A DNA stretch of 64,000 nucleotides from Bdellovibrionota bacterium. GTDB taxonomy: Bacteria; Bdellovibrionota_C; UBA2361. A program made the position numbers and the translations under genes. Positions 9,596 to 19,151 of the stretch are shown one piece after another; within the stretch, counting starts at the first letter, position 1, and every line of letters starts with the position of its first letter. The DNA lies in assembly GCA_044352465.1 (NCBI GenBank), contig JBILDU010000001.1, positions 88,618 to 152,617 of the forward strand, written 5' to 3'. Under the pieces are notes generated by a model. The model was given only the letters and a program-made list of their open reading frames with translations, did not search any database and was not told the origin of the DNA.

Positions 9596-9870
9596 TGAGG
9601 GCCGGATTCTATCTAGCCGAAGCGCCGCAGGTGGTTCAATCGATCTGGAGGGCCGGATTCTATCCGGCCGAGTAGCGCCATTGGTGATTCGAGCGCGGCT
9701 CGACAGAGTCGAGCCCTCCACACGGTTGCGGTGATTCGATCATATTGGAGGGCCGGACTCTGTCCGGCCGAGTAGCGCCACTGGTGATTCGAGCGCGGCT
9801 CGACGGAGTCGAGCCCTCCACAGGCCGCCTGGGGTGATTTGATCACGGCTGAACTGAATCTCGCTCCCCA
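9596..9870. repeat. REP/REPIN-like array: alternating inverted palindromic units with 100-bp period
   Basis: TGGAGGGCCGGAYTCTRTCCGGCCG at 9646 and 9746; inverted partner CGGCTCGAC(A/G)GAGTCGAGCCCTCCA ending 9720 and 9820; degenerate copies at about 9596 and 9846. Confidence 0.85.
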
Positions 9871-9919
9871 AACAATGACGTTGCCGGTCGCGTGATAATC
9901 GAGTACTCCGGTAGTTACT

Positions 9920-10969
9920 ATGGAGCAGCACAGATCGCCTAGCGCACCGCCGAAGCTCTCTCCTGGGGATAAGGTCGCCATACTTTCCCCCTCTTTTTGC
10001 GCTCCGGCGGTGTGGCCCCATGTTCACGAGCTCGGACTAAAGAGGCTCCGTGAACGTTTCAGCCTTGAGCCGGTTGAGTATCCGACTACACGAAAATTCG
10101 GAGCCGCCCCCGCCGAGCGTGCAGCGGATCTCGTTGCGGCGTTTGAGTCCCCCGAGATTAAGGCGGTTTTTGCCACGATCGGCGGAGACGACCAGGTCGT
10201 CTGGATAAAGGATCTCCCCGCGGAGCCTTTTCGTCGAAATCCGAAGCCGTTCTTCGGCTACAGCGATAACACCCATTTCATGAACTTCTTGTGGCTAAAC
10301 GGCGTGCCCTCGTTTTACGGTGGCGCGATCTTCACCGAGTTCGCGGCGTTCGGTGGCATGGACGACTTTACCGTAGAGTATCTGCGCCACGCCCTCTTTG
10401 GGGGTGGCGCGGTGGCGCTCAAGAGCAGCGCGACCTGCAACGATATCGATCGAGACTGGAGCGACCAAAGCCTTATCGAGGTAAAGCCTGAGTACGAACC
10501 GAACTCGGGGTGGCTCTGGGACGGAGACGGCATCGCCGAGGGAACCACCTGGGGTGGCTGTCTTGAGTCGGTGGACGAGCTCTTACGCCACGGAACCGCG
10601 ATTCCAAGCCTTACCGACTTTGAAGAGATCATCTTGCTCCTTGAGACATCGGAGGAGCTCCCCTCAGCACCGTATGTGAATCGAGTGATGAGAGCGCTTG
10701 GGGAGCGAGGGATCCTCGGTCGTATACGGGGTCTTCTCGTCGGCCGACCGAAAGGATGGAGCTTCGATCAACCGTTATCGGCTCCGGCGAAAGCCGCGTA
10801 CCGAAAGACACAACATGAGGTATTTGTGCGTGGCGTTCGTTCCTACAACGCCGCGGCACCGATAGTTCAGAACCTCGACTTCGGGCACACAGCGCCGCAG
10901 ATCTGTATTCCTTTTGGCGGCCGGTGCGTGATCGACGGCTCTTTACGAGAGATAGAAGTCCAATTTTAG
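9920..10969 (+). CDS. S66 family peptidase (LD-carboxypeptidase / MccF-like)
   Basis: ATIGGDD, FFGYSDNT (Ser), LLLETSEE (Glu), DFGHT.PQ (His). Confidence 0.92.
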   Translation: MEQHRSPSAPPKLSPGDKVAILSPSFCAPAVWPHVHELGLKRLRERFSLEPVEYPTTRKFGAAPAERAADLVAAFESPEIKAVFATIGGDDQVVWIKDLPAEPFRRNPKPFFGYSDNTHFMNFLWLNGVPSFYGGAIFTEFAAFGGMDDFTVEYLRHALFGGGAVALKSSATCNDIDRDWSDQSLIEVKPEYEPNSGWLWDGDGIAEGTTWGGCLESVDELLRHGTAIPSLTDFEEIILLLETSEELPSAPYVNRVMRALGERGILGRIRGLLVGRPKGWSFDQPLSAPAKAAYRKTQHEVFVRGVRSYNAAAPIVQNLDFGHTAPQICIPFGGRCVIDGSLREIEVQF

Positions 10970-11092
10970 GATCCCGATCTCAAATTTGTCGTATCGACTC
11001 TCAGCGAACAGCCACTGGCCCCGCTCGCTTGGGGCGATTACTCTGCCATAAAATAAGAATTGATGTATCGAATAATCAGTGCATTAGACCGT

Positions 11093-11464
11093 TTAATCAG
11101 CGGACACAGCTTTTGCATTTTTGAATGCCTGCTCACATCGTACGGTACATCTGAGAAAAATCGCTTCGAAATATGATCCTTCCTCAATCAGGCAATCCCT
11201 TAACTGAGCGCACCAGTATCCACACTGAACGCAGCTCAGGATGTCTTTCTGCTTTTCGCAGAGCGCGACCGCACCTTCCGCATTCGCCCTTGCGAGTGCA
11301 CATTGGTCGCTTCCCCTAGAAGCGAAATCGGGATCTGCCTGCTCCAAAATTACTGTGAGCTCTGCGAGCTCGGAATCAAGCTGCTCAATCGGAGATGCGA
11401 GCACGCTTCCAGGGATACTTGAGACGAGGCAGAGGATTGTCGTAAAAATGTAAGCAAAACGCAT
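11093..11464 (-). CDS. Small secreted cysteine-rich hypothetical protein
   Basis: Signal-peptide-like N-terminus (MRFAYIFTTILCLV...VLA-S); eight Cys in the C-terminal half; locally lower GC. Confidence 0.55.
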   Translation of the reverse strand: MRFAYIFTTILCLVSSIPGSVLASPIEQLDSELAELTVILEQADPDFASRGSDQCALARANAEGAVALCEKQKDILSCVQCGYWCAQLRDCLIEEGSYFEAIFLRCTVRCEQAFKNAKAVSAD

Positions 11465-12253
11465 ATATAAACCCCACATGGTACCGTTAGCCGAAGCTGA
11501 TTAAGACCTTAGCAACTGGTCAGCTTTCAGAATAAAGTTATGCGAGGCAAGACCGCTGCTGTGCGCTAATGGTGCGCGATTTTGCTTAGTGGTTTCCGCT
11601 TGGTCTGGGTCAGCTACGTCAGAGCACCTCTTTTCCCGCGTGGCTGGGCTAGTGTGGATGTATTACGAATCGGCTTATTGGAGGATGTACCATCTCATCG
11701 GTACCGTGCAGCAGGCCCATTTCGATTACCCAGAATAAGTGATGAGCAAAAGCGGCAGCCTTATGAGATGCTATGGCGTTCCTCGCCATCGAGCTTTCAT
11801 TAAAACTATTTGTAGGGAGGCGGGACAATTTTGTCCCAACCACGCGGTCGTCGGAGTCTGGTCGACCGCGAACAGATGTAACGCCTCCGCGGGGGCGTGG
11901 ACGACCGGGAGCGGGGAGCGCTAAGCAGTTACAGGGGCAAATAATTGCGCGCGGGCGAAGACGTAGCGCGGAGCGAACCGAACCGTATTCAGGGAACCTC
12001 CCTTATTGACTCAGCGTTGTTCGCTTTGCTCCTATTCCCCAACGGTAAGGAGTTTACCGTTGAGGAGTCACGCCACGTGGGGCGAAGGAGTACGCGTCGA
12101 GCTGATACTCAAGGTCAGATGTGAATTGGACAGGGGGCTCGGGGAAGGTCCCTCGGCCGATTCGATACGCGAGCCGCTTTGCTTTTGCAGTTGCCCGGCT
12201 CTCCCTGGCCAGGCTAATGATTCTTTCAGAAGATGAAGAAGTTTCCGAGAGAA

Positions 12254-14341
12254 TCACCAGAGCCCCTCCAACGGAGCTCCAGTCAAGCGATTCACGACGC
12301 GAGGGCGGATCTTGAGCTTTGACTCAATCGAGCTTAGGAGGTGCCCAACAGGTGTCTGTGCCCAAGAGTCAACGGGACGTTGAATCACCGCGACGACGGG
12401 GGTCACTGCATCAAATCGAGCCGCCTCGGCGTGACGATAGAGCTGGGTGCCCACGATGTTGTCTCCGAGAGAATGATGCTCCTTGTAGTTTTTACTGACG
12501 AGGGTGTCGAGGGTACGTTTCACCTCGATTCCGAGGGTCTCCCCGGCCTTACTGCGAGCGATAATATCGTACTCAAAGCCATGCCTAATCGGTGAGCTGA
12601 GGCCGATAATCGTGTATTCACTCTTACTCAGGGCGACAGCCGTCGCCGCTTCGATGGGGAAGCCGGAGAAATGTTGAGTATCGTCTCCTTTCGCCCGTGC
12701 GCGGAGAACGACGAGGCTGTTGTCGAGAAGCTTTTCGATCCCTTTCACGTTGAGGCGGTCAAGATGTACGAGGTTTTCCAGGAAAAGAATCACCTTCTCA
12801 TCGCCAGCTGTATCGTATTGACGTGGTGCAACAAGAGCGATCTCACGTAGCTTTGCGATCGGATACCGTTCCGAACTAAGTTCGTTGAGGGCATGCGCAA
12901 GGCGGCGAACGTGCCCCTCAATATCCGGGCATCGAGCCTGCCGGGCGAATGTGTGAAGAATCGATTGGATCTCGGGAGCGCGTATACCGTCTGTGCCTTC
13001 GAGCCCCTCCATTCCGTGGCGCACAGCCGCGCGTATTCCCTGATTCGGCTCACGGGTGAGCTCCATCGAGATCTGGAGAGAACGGCCGAGTATCTTCTTG
13101 TATCCGGGCTCGGACTGTGGAATCGGTACCAAGGCTCCTTCGGCTGCACGGCGAATGACCTCGGCACCTTCCGCGGTGGTAACGAGGAATTGCTCGATGG
13201 GGACATCCCAGCGTGCGAGGGTGGCGAGACGTTTTAGGTGAGAGATTTTTTCGGGTCCACGTTTCAGTGGTTCCGCAAGCCGGTGTTCGATCCATGTGGA
13301 TGGATACATGAGCAATGTAAGCTCGACAACCGTCTCGTGAAGTTCGTTCATGTCACTAGCCGTGACGGTACATTTTTCGGGGATGTTGCACGCAAGATTG
13401 CGAGTTACCGTTGAGAGCCGTGGAAGGAGCTCCCTCCCGAGCTGGAGCTCCTGAGCGGCGACGGATGTGAGATATCCTCGCTCGGTGAGCTTCTCTAGCC
13501 ACGACTCGGTTGTGGTAAGTCCGTATGCACGGAGGCGATCCATTTGTCCTAGGATAGCGGTGATTGAAGCGAAGGACGCTTCGGTAGCTTCGCTGAGATG
13601 TCGACACCCTTGCCGGAGTTCATTCAGGGTCTTGAGGTGGTCTCGCCCCTCGGGCCCAACAAAGTCCTGAACGAGTGGTACGATGAGTCGGTCAGCGCTG
13701 TTTTTCTCGACGTCCTCGAGGAGCTCAGAGAACTGCAGGTGTTCCTCAAGTGTCGTAAGCTCGAGACGTATAAATTGCTCGCACATACCGAGGAGCTCGG
13801 GGCCGGAGTCGCGAATGGGCTGAACGATTTGCTCACGGAGCGCAGTGACTTCAGAGCGAACCTCGGCCGCGGCAGGTCCAGATACCGCCTGAAACGGTTG
13901 AGCCGCGATCAACTCGGGTTGTGGCGACTCGGGGCTCGATTCACGCGGGGTGAGGTTTTCATTTGAGAGGGGATTCGAGGGGAAGGCATCGAAGATCAGT
14001 TGGGTGATAACCCGGTATTCCGCGGTTCGGTCACTCGTACGAAAGGTATCCGGTAGTATCCCAGGATTTCGATTCGCGCGACGCTCGAAGATATGAAGCT
14101 TGTGTTCTACCTCGGCGCGGAATGTAGCGCTGCCAAGCTCCGTATCGCCTCTCGCAGCCTCAAAAGCGGCGTAGACCGGGTCCGATCTCAGGAATCGCTC
14201 GGTTTGTGCAAGGCCAACGAGAGGTGTCCGGCCCCGGAGTTCCTGATTCGGCGCCCTGGCGAGACGTTCAACGGCGTCGTACGCCGCTTCGCGCTGAGCC
14301 GGCGAAAGGCGTAGATCGATCGCTGTCTCGCTTTTGATCAT
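12254..14341 (-). CDS. Large helical hypothetical protein with a C-terminal PD-(D/E)XK nuclease-like motif
   Basis: 695-aa ORF; GFEYDIIARSKAGETLGIEVKRT followed by GTQLYRH near the C-terminus. Confidence 0.6.
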   Translation of the reverse strand: MIKSETAIDLRLSPAQREAAYDAVERLARAPNQELRGRTPLVGLAQTERFLRSDPVYAAFEAARGDTELGSATFRAEVEHKLHIFERRANRNPGILPDTFRTSDRTAEYRVITQLIFDAFPSNPLSNENLTPRESSPESPQPELIAAQPFQAVSGPAAAEVRSEVTALREQIVQPIRDSGPELLGMCEQFIRLELTTLEEHLQFSELLEDVEKNSADRLIVPLVQDFVGPEGRDHLKTLNELRQGCRHLSEATEASFASITAILGQMDRLRAYGLTTTESWLEKLTERGYLTSVAAQELQLGRELLPRLSTVTRNLACNIPEKCTVTASDMNELHETVVELTLLMYPSTWIEHRLAEPLKRGPEKISHLKRLATLARWDVPIEQFLVTTAEGAEVIRRAAEGALVPIPQSEPGYKKILGRSLQISMELTREPNQGIRAAVRHGMEGLEGTDGIRAPEIQSILHTFARQARCPDIEGHVRRLAHALNELSSERYPIAKLREIALVAPRQYDTAGDEKVILFLENLVHLDRLNVKGIEKLLDNSLVVLRARAKGDDTQHFSGFPIEAATAVALSKSEYTIIGLSSPIRHGFEYDIIARSKAGETLGIEVKRTLDTLVSKNYKEHHSLGDNIVGTQLYRHAEAARFDAVTPVVAVIQRPVDSWAQTPVGHLLSSIESKLKIRPRVVNRLTGAPLEGLW

Positions 14342-14850
14342 TGCCCGACTGAGCCTGTTTGTAACCTCTTATGTTATGGAGTGTTTCAGCCCGTAGGTGC
14401 GCAGGAGCCGGAGATATGGGGTAAGGTGTTGGAACGCCTTGGCTCATTCGGAATCGTGCCATCGCACGGTGAGAGAAATCGCAACTCTCATGCGAAGTGC
14501 TCTCCGGGGAAAAGCTCTCCTGAAGAAGCACGGTCGCTTTTTGATGCATCTCGTCGCTGATGAGACCGGGGAAGGTGGAGTCGGGAGCCGTGGTTACAGA
14601 CCGCTGGGGCGTAGCTTCGCTCAAGACCGGAGAGAGTTAAAAATCTTTAAAAGCTCATAGTGCGGAGTGATAGATCGGAGAAAAAGGAGGGCGAACGAGA
14701 GTGTGCCGCAAAGAGCGGAGAGGTAGAGGGATCGGTGGATCGGCGTAGCGGGAGCAAAGGCGAATGGAGGCGGAGCCTCGTTCCTAGGATGGTGAGGTCG
14801 CGCTCGTAAACCTTTCGTCGTGACCCGTCACGATGATAGCCTCGAGGGGC

Positions 14851-15519
14851 ATGTGGACGATCTACCGACACACAAAAGGGATGCATTACCTCTCGCTCGG
14901 GCAAGCAACTCACTCGGAGACGCTTGAGCCTCTTGAGGTGTACCGGGCGCTCTACGACAACGAACTCGCTTCGATGTGGGTGCGCCCGCACGGGATGTTT
15001 CACGGCCCCGCTGATGCAGGGGGGAAGCGTTTTGAGGTAGTGGGGCGGGTGCGGGTGGTGTATCCGGAAGATGAGGCGACCGTGCTCGGTTTCGGGCACG
15101 ATGCGTGGGGTCATGGGCTCTCCGTGACCGAATTTGTATCCACTTACTCGACGAATCTGAACCATCTCCGCGGAACGCGGTATCTTTTTGAGCTTCCCTC
15201 CGGAGAGATCGTCGGGAACCTGAATACTATCAGGTTTTGCCGGTCCCTGGTGGGGCTCGCGTCGATGTCGGTGGCCCCGTCTGTAAGGAGGCGGGGGATA
15301 GCATCCCTTCTCCTTCGCGCGGTGATAGAGCTTTTTCGAGCCGAGGATCCAGCGACCCGATTTATACTCTATTCGGAGGTGGGGTTAACGCTGTACGAGC
15401 GAATCGGCTTTTCGGCGCTTCCCACGGAGTTACAGTTTCATCCCCCCGCGGTAGCGATGGTGACGGGGGAAGGGGGCCTTTCTGACGATGAAGCTGAGTT
15501 CTTATGGACGTATTTCTAG
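14851..15519 (+). CDS. DUF1653 domain fused to a GNAT acetyltransferase
   Basis: YRHTKG..Y....ATHSET.E...VYRALY....MWVRP..MF (DUF1653), then VAPSVRRRGIASLLL...LYERIGF (GNAT). Confidence 0.8.
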   Translation: MWTIYRHTKGMHYLSLGQATHSETLEPLEVYRALYDNELASMWVRPHGMFHGPADAGGKRFEVVGRVRVVYPEDEATVLGFGHDAWGHGLSVTEFVSTYSTNLNHLRGTRYLFELPSGEIVGNLNTIRFCRSLVGLASMSVAPSVRRRGIASLLLRAVIELFRAEDPATRFILYSEVGLTLYERIGFSALPTELQFHPPAVAMVTGEGGLSDDEAEFLWTYF

Positions 15520-15963
15520 GCCGGCCTTTACGGGCTGGTTGTGAGTCTGAGTCGGTGTCTGATGGCCTGAGCACTTTCCAAGCTTCAACCCACGTGAGTT
15601 TTGGGAACTTGAATTCGGTCTGGTATGACACAAAGGGTGAGACGGCGAAGTACTCTCACTCGCCGATTCGCCTTCAGTTGAGTCGGATTAAGAGCTGTTA
15701 TCTAAACGAGTAGCGCAAAGTACCCAACATCGTGTACTCGAGAGCCGACCTGGTGAAGCTCGCGGGGGCGTACGGGCATCCCGGGGCCGATCGGGATCAG
15801 ACCGTAGTTTGTGGGGCTGATGGGTCAATGGCCTCTCCGTGCTTTGGCAATAAAGTCTATATCTATCAGTGGGTTGGGGCTGGTGGAGCTTTCGTCTCGG
15901 CCTAGCAGGTGAGTTCTAGTAGCGTTTTTGGTTAGAATCAGTCCCCCGGAGGAAGAGGTAGGT

Positions 15964-16776
15964 ATGTGGGAAACGATCAAAAAGTACGAAGATATCAAGT
16001 TCGAGAAGACGAGCGACGGAATCGCGAAGATTACGATTAACCGTCCCGAGCGGCGAAATGCTTTTCGCCCTCAGACCGTGCTTGAGATGCAAGATGCATT
16101 TAATCTCGCGCGTGACGACGATCAGATCGGTGTCGTCATTTTAACCGGGGAGGGGCCCGAGGCTTTTTGCTCCGGTGGCGATCAAAAGATCCGTGGTCAC
16201 GCGGGCTATATCGATTCTCAAGGGGTACCTCGGCTGAACGTGCTCGATCTGCAAAAGCAGATTCGTGGGCTCCCGAAGCCCGTCGTGGCGATGGTCGCGG
16301 GGTACGCGATAGGCGGTGGCCATGTTCTCCACGTGGTGTGCGATCTCACGATCGCTGCGGATAATGCCAAGTTCGGGCAGACCGGACCGAAGGTCGGCTC
16401 GTTCGATGGTGGGCTTGGCAGCTCCTACCTCGCGCGGATCGTCGGTCAAAAGAAAGCCCGGGAGATCTGGTTTTTGTGTCGGCAGTACGATGCGCAGCAA
16501 GCCCGTGAGATGGGGCTGGTGAACTGGGTGGTGCCGCTTGCTGAGCTCGAGACGGAGACCTTAAAAGTATGCCGGGAGATGCTTGAGCTTTCGCCTTTGG
16601 CGCTCCGGTGTCTGAAGGCGTCGCTTAACGCCGATTGCGACGGGCAGATGGGGCTTCTCGACCTCGCCGGCAACGCGACCCTTCTCTACTACATGACTGA
16701 GGAAGCCAAGGAGGGAAAGCAGGCGTTCGTTGAGAAGCGGAAGCCTAACTTTAAAAAATTTCCGCGGCTGCCGTAA
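15964..16776 (+). CDS. menB: 1,4-dihydroxy-2-naphthoyl-CoA synthase
   Basis: [52 protein letters not shown]. Confidence 0.98.
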   Translation: MWETIKKYEDIKFEKTSDGIAKITINRPERRNAFRPQTVLEMQDAFNLARDDDQIGVVILTGEGPEAFCSGGDQKIRGHAGYIDSQGVPRLNVLDLQKQIRGLPKPVVAMVAGYAIGGGHVLHVVCDLTIAADNAKFGQTGPKVGSFDGGLGSSYLARIVGQKKAREIWFLCRQYDAQQAREMGLVNWVVPLAELETETLKVCREMLELSPLALRCLKASLNADCDGQMGLLDLAGNATLLYYMTEEAKEGKQAFVEKRKPNFKKFPRLP

Positions 16777-16779
16777 CCG

Positions 16780-17682
16780 ATGTCCCTGGCCCCTTGGATA
16801 GCGGCTGCGCGGCCGAAGACCCTCACTGCGGCGCTGGTGCCGGTTGTGGCGGGTTCGGCGCTGGGAGCACGGTTGTCGTTGGCAACTGAGTTTGCGTGGT
16901 TCGTCTCGCTGGCTGCGCTCATCAGCGCAACCGCGATACAGGTTGGTACGAATCTCTTCAACGACGTCCTCGATTTCGAGAAAGGTGCCGACACCGCGGC
17001 GCGAGTGGGGCCGACGCGGATTACCCAATCGGGGGGTGCCTCTCCTGAGCGGGTCTATCGGGTAGCGATCGGGACGTTCCTTGTTGCGATCCTCTTCGGT
17101 GCTTACTTGGTCTGGCACGGCGGTGCGCCGATTCTTATCATCGGGCTCCTTTCTCTTCTTTTTGGATATGCCTACACGGGCGGACCCTACCCGTTAGCGT
17201 ATCGCGGTCTCGGTGATCTTTTCGTGCTGATATTTTTTGGGATTGTGGCGGTCACGGGGATGGTGTTTCTCCACACCGGGTTCTGGCCGTTTGCGGGATT
17301 CGTGGCAGGGCTTCAGATCGGCTCACTCGCCGTCGTCCTCATCGCGATTAATAATCTGCGGGACCGTGAAACCGATAGTCGTGTTGATAAGCGAACGCTT
17401 GCGGTTATCTTGGGCGAGCGCGGGGCAAAGATCGAGATAGTGGCGCTCTTAATCGCTCCATTTTTGTTAGGGCTTTATTGGGTTGAGACCCCTTTTAGCT
17501 GGGCCGCGGTGCTGCCACTTGTCCTCTTGCCGTTCGCAGTACGGGTAGCGCGTGAGATCTGGGCGATGAAGCCGAGCGGAGAGCTCAATCGGTATCTCGG
17601 TCGGTGCGCGTTTGTTCACTTGGGGTTCGGTGCTCTGCTGACGATCGGCTTTCTATTGGGGGCGGTGCCTCTTGGGAACTGA
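16780..17682 (+). CDS. menA: 1,4-dihydroxy-2-naphthoate prenyltransferase
   Basis: ARPKTL, N.FND..DFEKGAD, YTGGPYPLAY.GLGD, NNLRD.ETD...KRTLAV. Confidence 0.95.
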   Translation: MSLAPWIAAARPKTLTAALVPVVAGSALGARLSLATEFAWFVSLAALISATAIQVGTNLFNDVLDFEKGADTAARVGPTRITQSGGASPERVYRVAIGTFLVAILFGAYLVWHGGAPILIIGLLSLLFGYAYTGGPYPLAYRGLGDLFVLIFFGIVAVTGMVFLHTGFWPFAGFVAGLQIGSLAVVLIAINNLRDRETDSRVDKRTLAVILGERGAKIEIVALLIAPFLLGLYWVETPFSWAAVLPLVLLPFAVRVAREIWAMKPSGELNRYLGRCAFVHLGFGALLTIGFLLGAVPLGN

Positions 17683-18811
17683 CTTCGGGGCTGTGGAGTT
17701 TCGGCTCGGGTGGGGCGATTTCAAGCTCCTTCTCGATCCCCGTTTTGGTGCGGAGAGGCGGGGTGATTTTGAAGCGTTGCTCCGCCCGGTTGCCCCACCA
17801 GGCGGTGGTATCTGGGTAGCCTCATCGGGGACAACTCGAAAAGAGGGCACGGGGTATCGGTTCATTGCACTTACCGAGGCTGCGCTGGTGACCTCTGCTC
17901 AGGCGGTAAATGCCCATCTTGCAGCGACAAAAGAAGATATCTTTGTGTCGTGCCTGCCCGATTTTCATGTTGGTGGTCTCGGGCTCCAGGTGCGGGCCGC
18001 TCTCCTCGGGGCACGATTTGTTAGGAGTGCCGGCAACGCTCGTCCGTGGAGCGCTCTTGAATTTGCGAGAGATGTTGAAGCCAATCGGGGAACGATCCTC
18101 TCGCTGGTACCGACTCAGGTAGTTGACCTGGTAAGGGCGGGTATCGCGGCGCCGAGCTGTGTGCGTGTCGTGGTCGTTGGCGGCGGCGCGCTGTCCTTTC
18201 GTGAGTACCAGGAGGGGCGGGCGCTCGGGTGGCCGCTGCTACCGAGCTACGGATGCACTGAGTGTAGCTCGCAGATCGCGACCGCATCACTGGAGAGCCT
18301 TCAAACTCATCGGGGTAGCACGCTGCCGCCGCTCAAGCTTCTCTCCCATATCGAGGCGCGAGAGGAGGAGGGTGCTCTGCTCATTCGAAGCAGGGCTTTG
18401 TTCTCGTGTGCGGCGAGCCTGATGGACGATTCGGTCACCGTGGAGCCACTCGCGCCAGGTGCCTGGTTTCAGACCTCTGATCGCGTCGCCATCGAGGGAG
18501 ACACGATAGCACCGCTCGGGCGTGTCGATGATCTTATCAAGATCGGCGGGGAGGGGGTGAATCTGCACGAGCTTTCCCTCCTCGTTCGTGATATCCGAGA
18601 GGTGATATCGATGCAGGGCGATGTTCTCTTAAGGGCGATACCAGACGAACGGTTTGGTAACGTCCTGTCGCTGCGCGTGACTAATGCCGCCCTTGGAGAG
18701 GTCATTCGCGAGAGATTTAACGAACAGGTTCTCCCTTTTGCGCAGATACGCTCGGTAGAGCTCGTAGAAGTGATTGAGCGAACGGCCCTGGGAAAGCTGA
18801 AACGAGGATAA
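17672..18811 (+). CDS. menE: o-succinylbenzoate-CoA ligase (short form)
   Basis: SSGTT, LP.FHVGGL, SLVPTQ, SYG.TE.SSQIAT, GRVDDLIKIGGE, RTALGK; operonic with menBA. Confidence 0.88.
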   Translation: MGTDFGAVEFRLGWGDFKLLLDPRFGAERRGDFEALLRPVAPPGGGIWVASSGTTRKEGTGYRFIALTEAALVTSAQAVNAHLAATKEDIFVSCLPDFHVGGLGLQVRAALLGARFVRSAGNARPWSALEFARDVEANRGTILSLVPTQVVDLVRAGIAAPSCVRVVVVGGGALSFREYQEGRALGWPLLPSYGCTECSSQIATASLESLQTHRGSTLPPLKLLSHIEAREEEGALLIRSRALFSCAASLMDDSVTVEPLAPGAWFQTSDRVAIEGDTIAPLGRVDDLIKIGGEGVNLHELSLLVRDIREVISMQGDVLLRAIPDERFGNVLSLRVTNAALGEVIRERFNEQVLPFAQIRSVELVEVIERTALGKLKRG

Positions 18812-18820
18812 GGAGGGATT

Positions 18821-19147
18821 ATGCGATGCCGGGCGGCTGTATTTTCGATCCTCCTCCTGCCGTATATCTTTGCCCCACTTGATGCAAACGCATATCGTGA
18901 GGACGAGAGCGAAGCTCAGGTTGAGGCCGACATAGATCGGGGTGAGAATAAGTTAATCGAGAAGCTCGTCGAAATTGAGCAAGATCTTGCCCAGAATACG
19001 AAGAAGGCGCTGAAAGCGGAGGAGCGCCGAGATGTGGAGCTATTTCGTCGAGAGCTGAGTCGAAATGAGTCGGTATCAACGGACGACGACTCTATCGCTG
19101 AGATTAGTCGAGAGGTCGATACTCTTACGCGGACATCCGACCGGTAA
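18821..19147 (+). CDS. Small secreted coiled-coil hypothetical protein
   Basis: GGAGG RBS, signal peptide ending ANA, charged helical body. Confidence 0.55.
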   Translation: MRCRAAVFSILLLPYIFAPLDANAYREDESEAQVEADIDRGENKLIEKLVEIEQDLAQNTKKALKAEERRDVELFRRELSRNESVSTDDDSIAEISREVDTLTRTSDR

Positions 19148-19151
19148 TGAA

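Noticed and set aside
9596..9870. Possible CRISPR array
   Set aside because: Units alternate in orientation, spacers are homologous rather than unique, and no cas genes are present; fits REP/REPIN
9613..9981. ORFs translated across the repeat arrays (also 21564-21923)
   Set aside because: Peptide repeats are just translations of the REP DNA
11480..12250. Long intergenic stretch with short ORFs, possible pseudogene or ncRNA
   Set aside because: No recognisable protein motif or convincing structure found by eye
14268..14624. 118-aa ORF overlapping the start of the 695-aa gene; possible frameshifted N-terminus
   Set aside because: No motif or slippery site seen; cannot be supported without homologues
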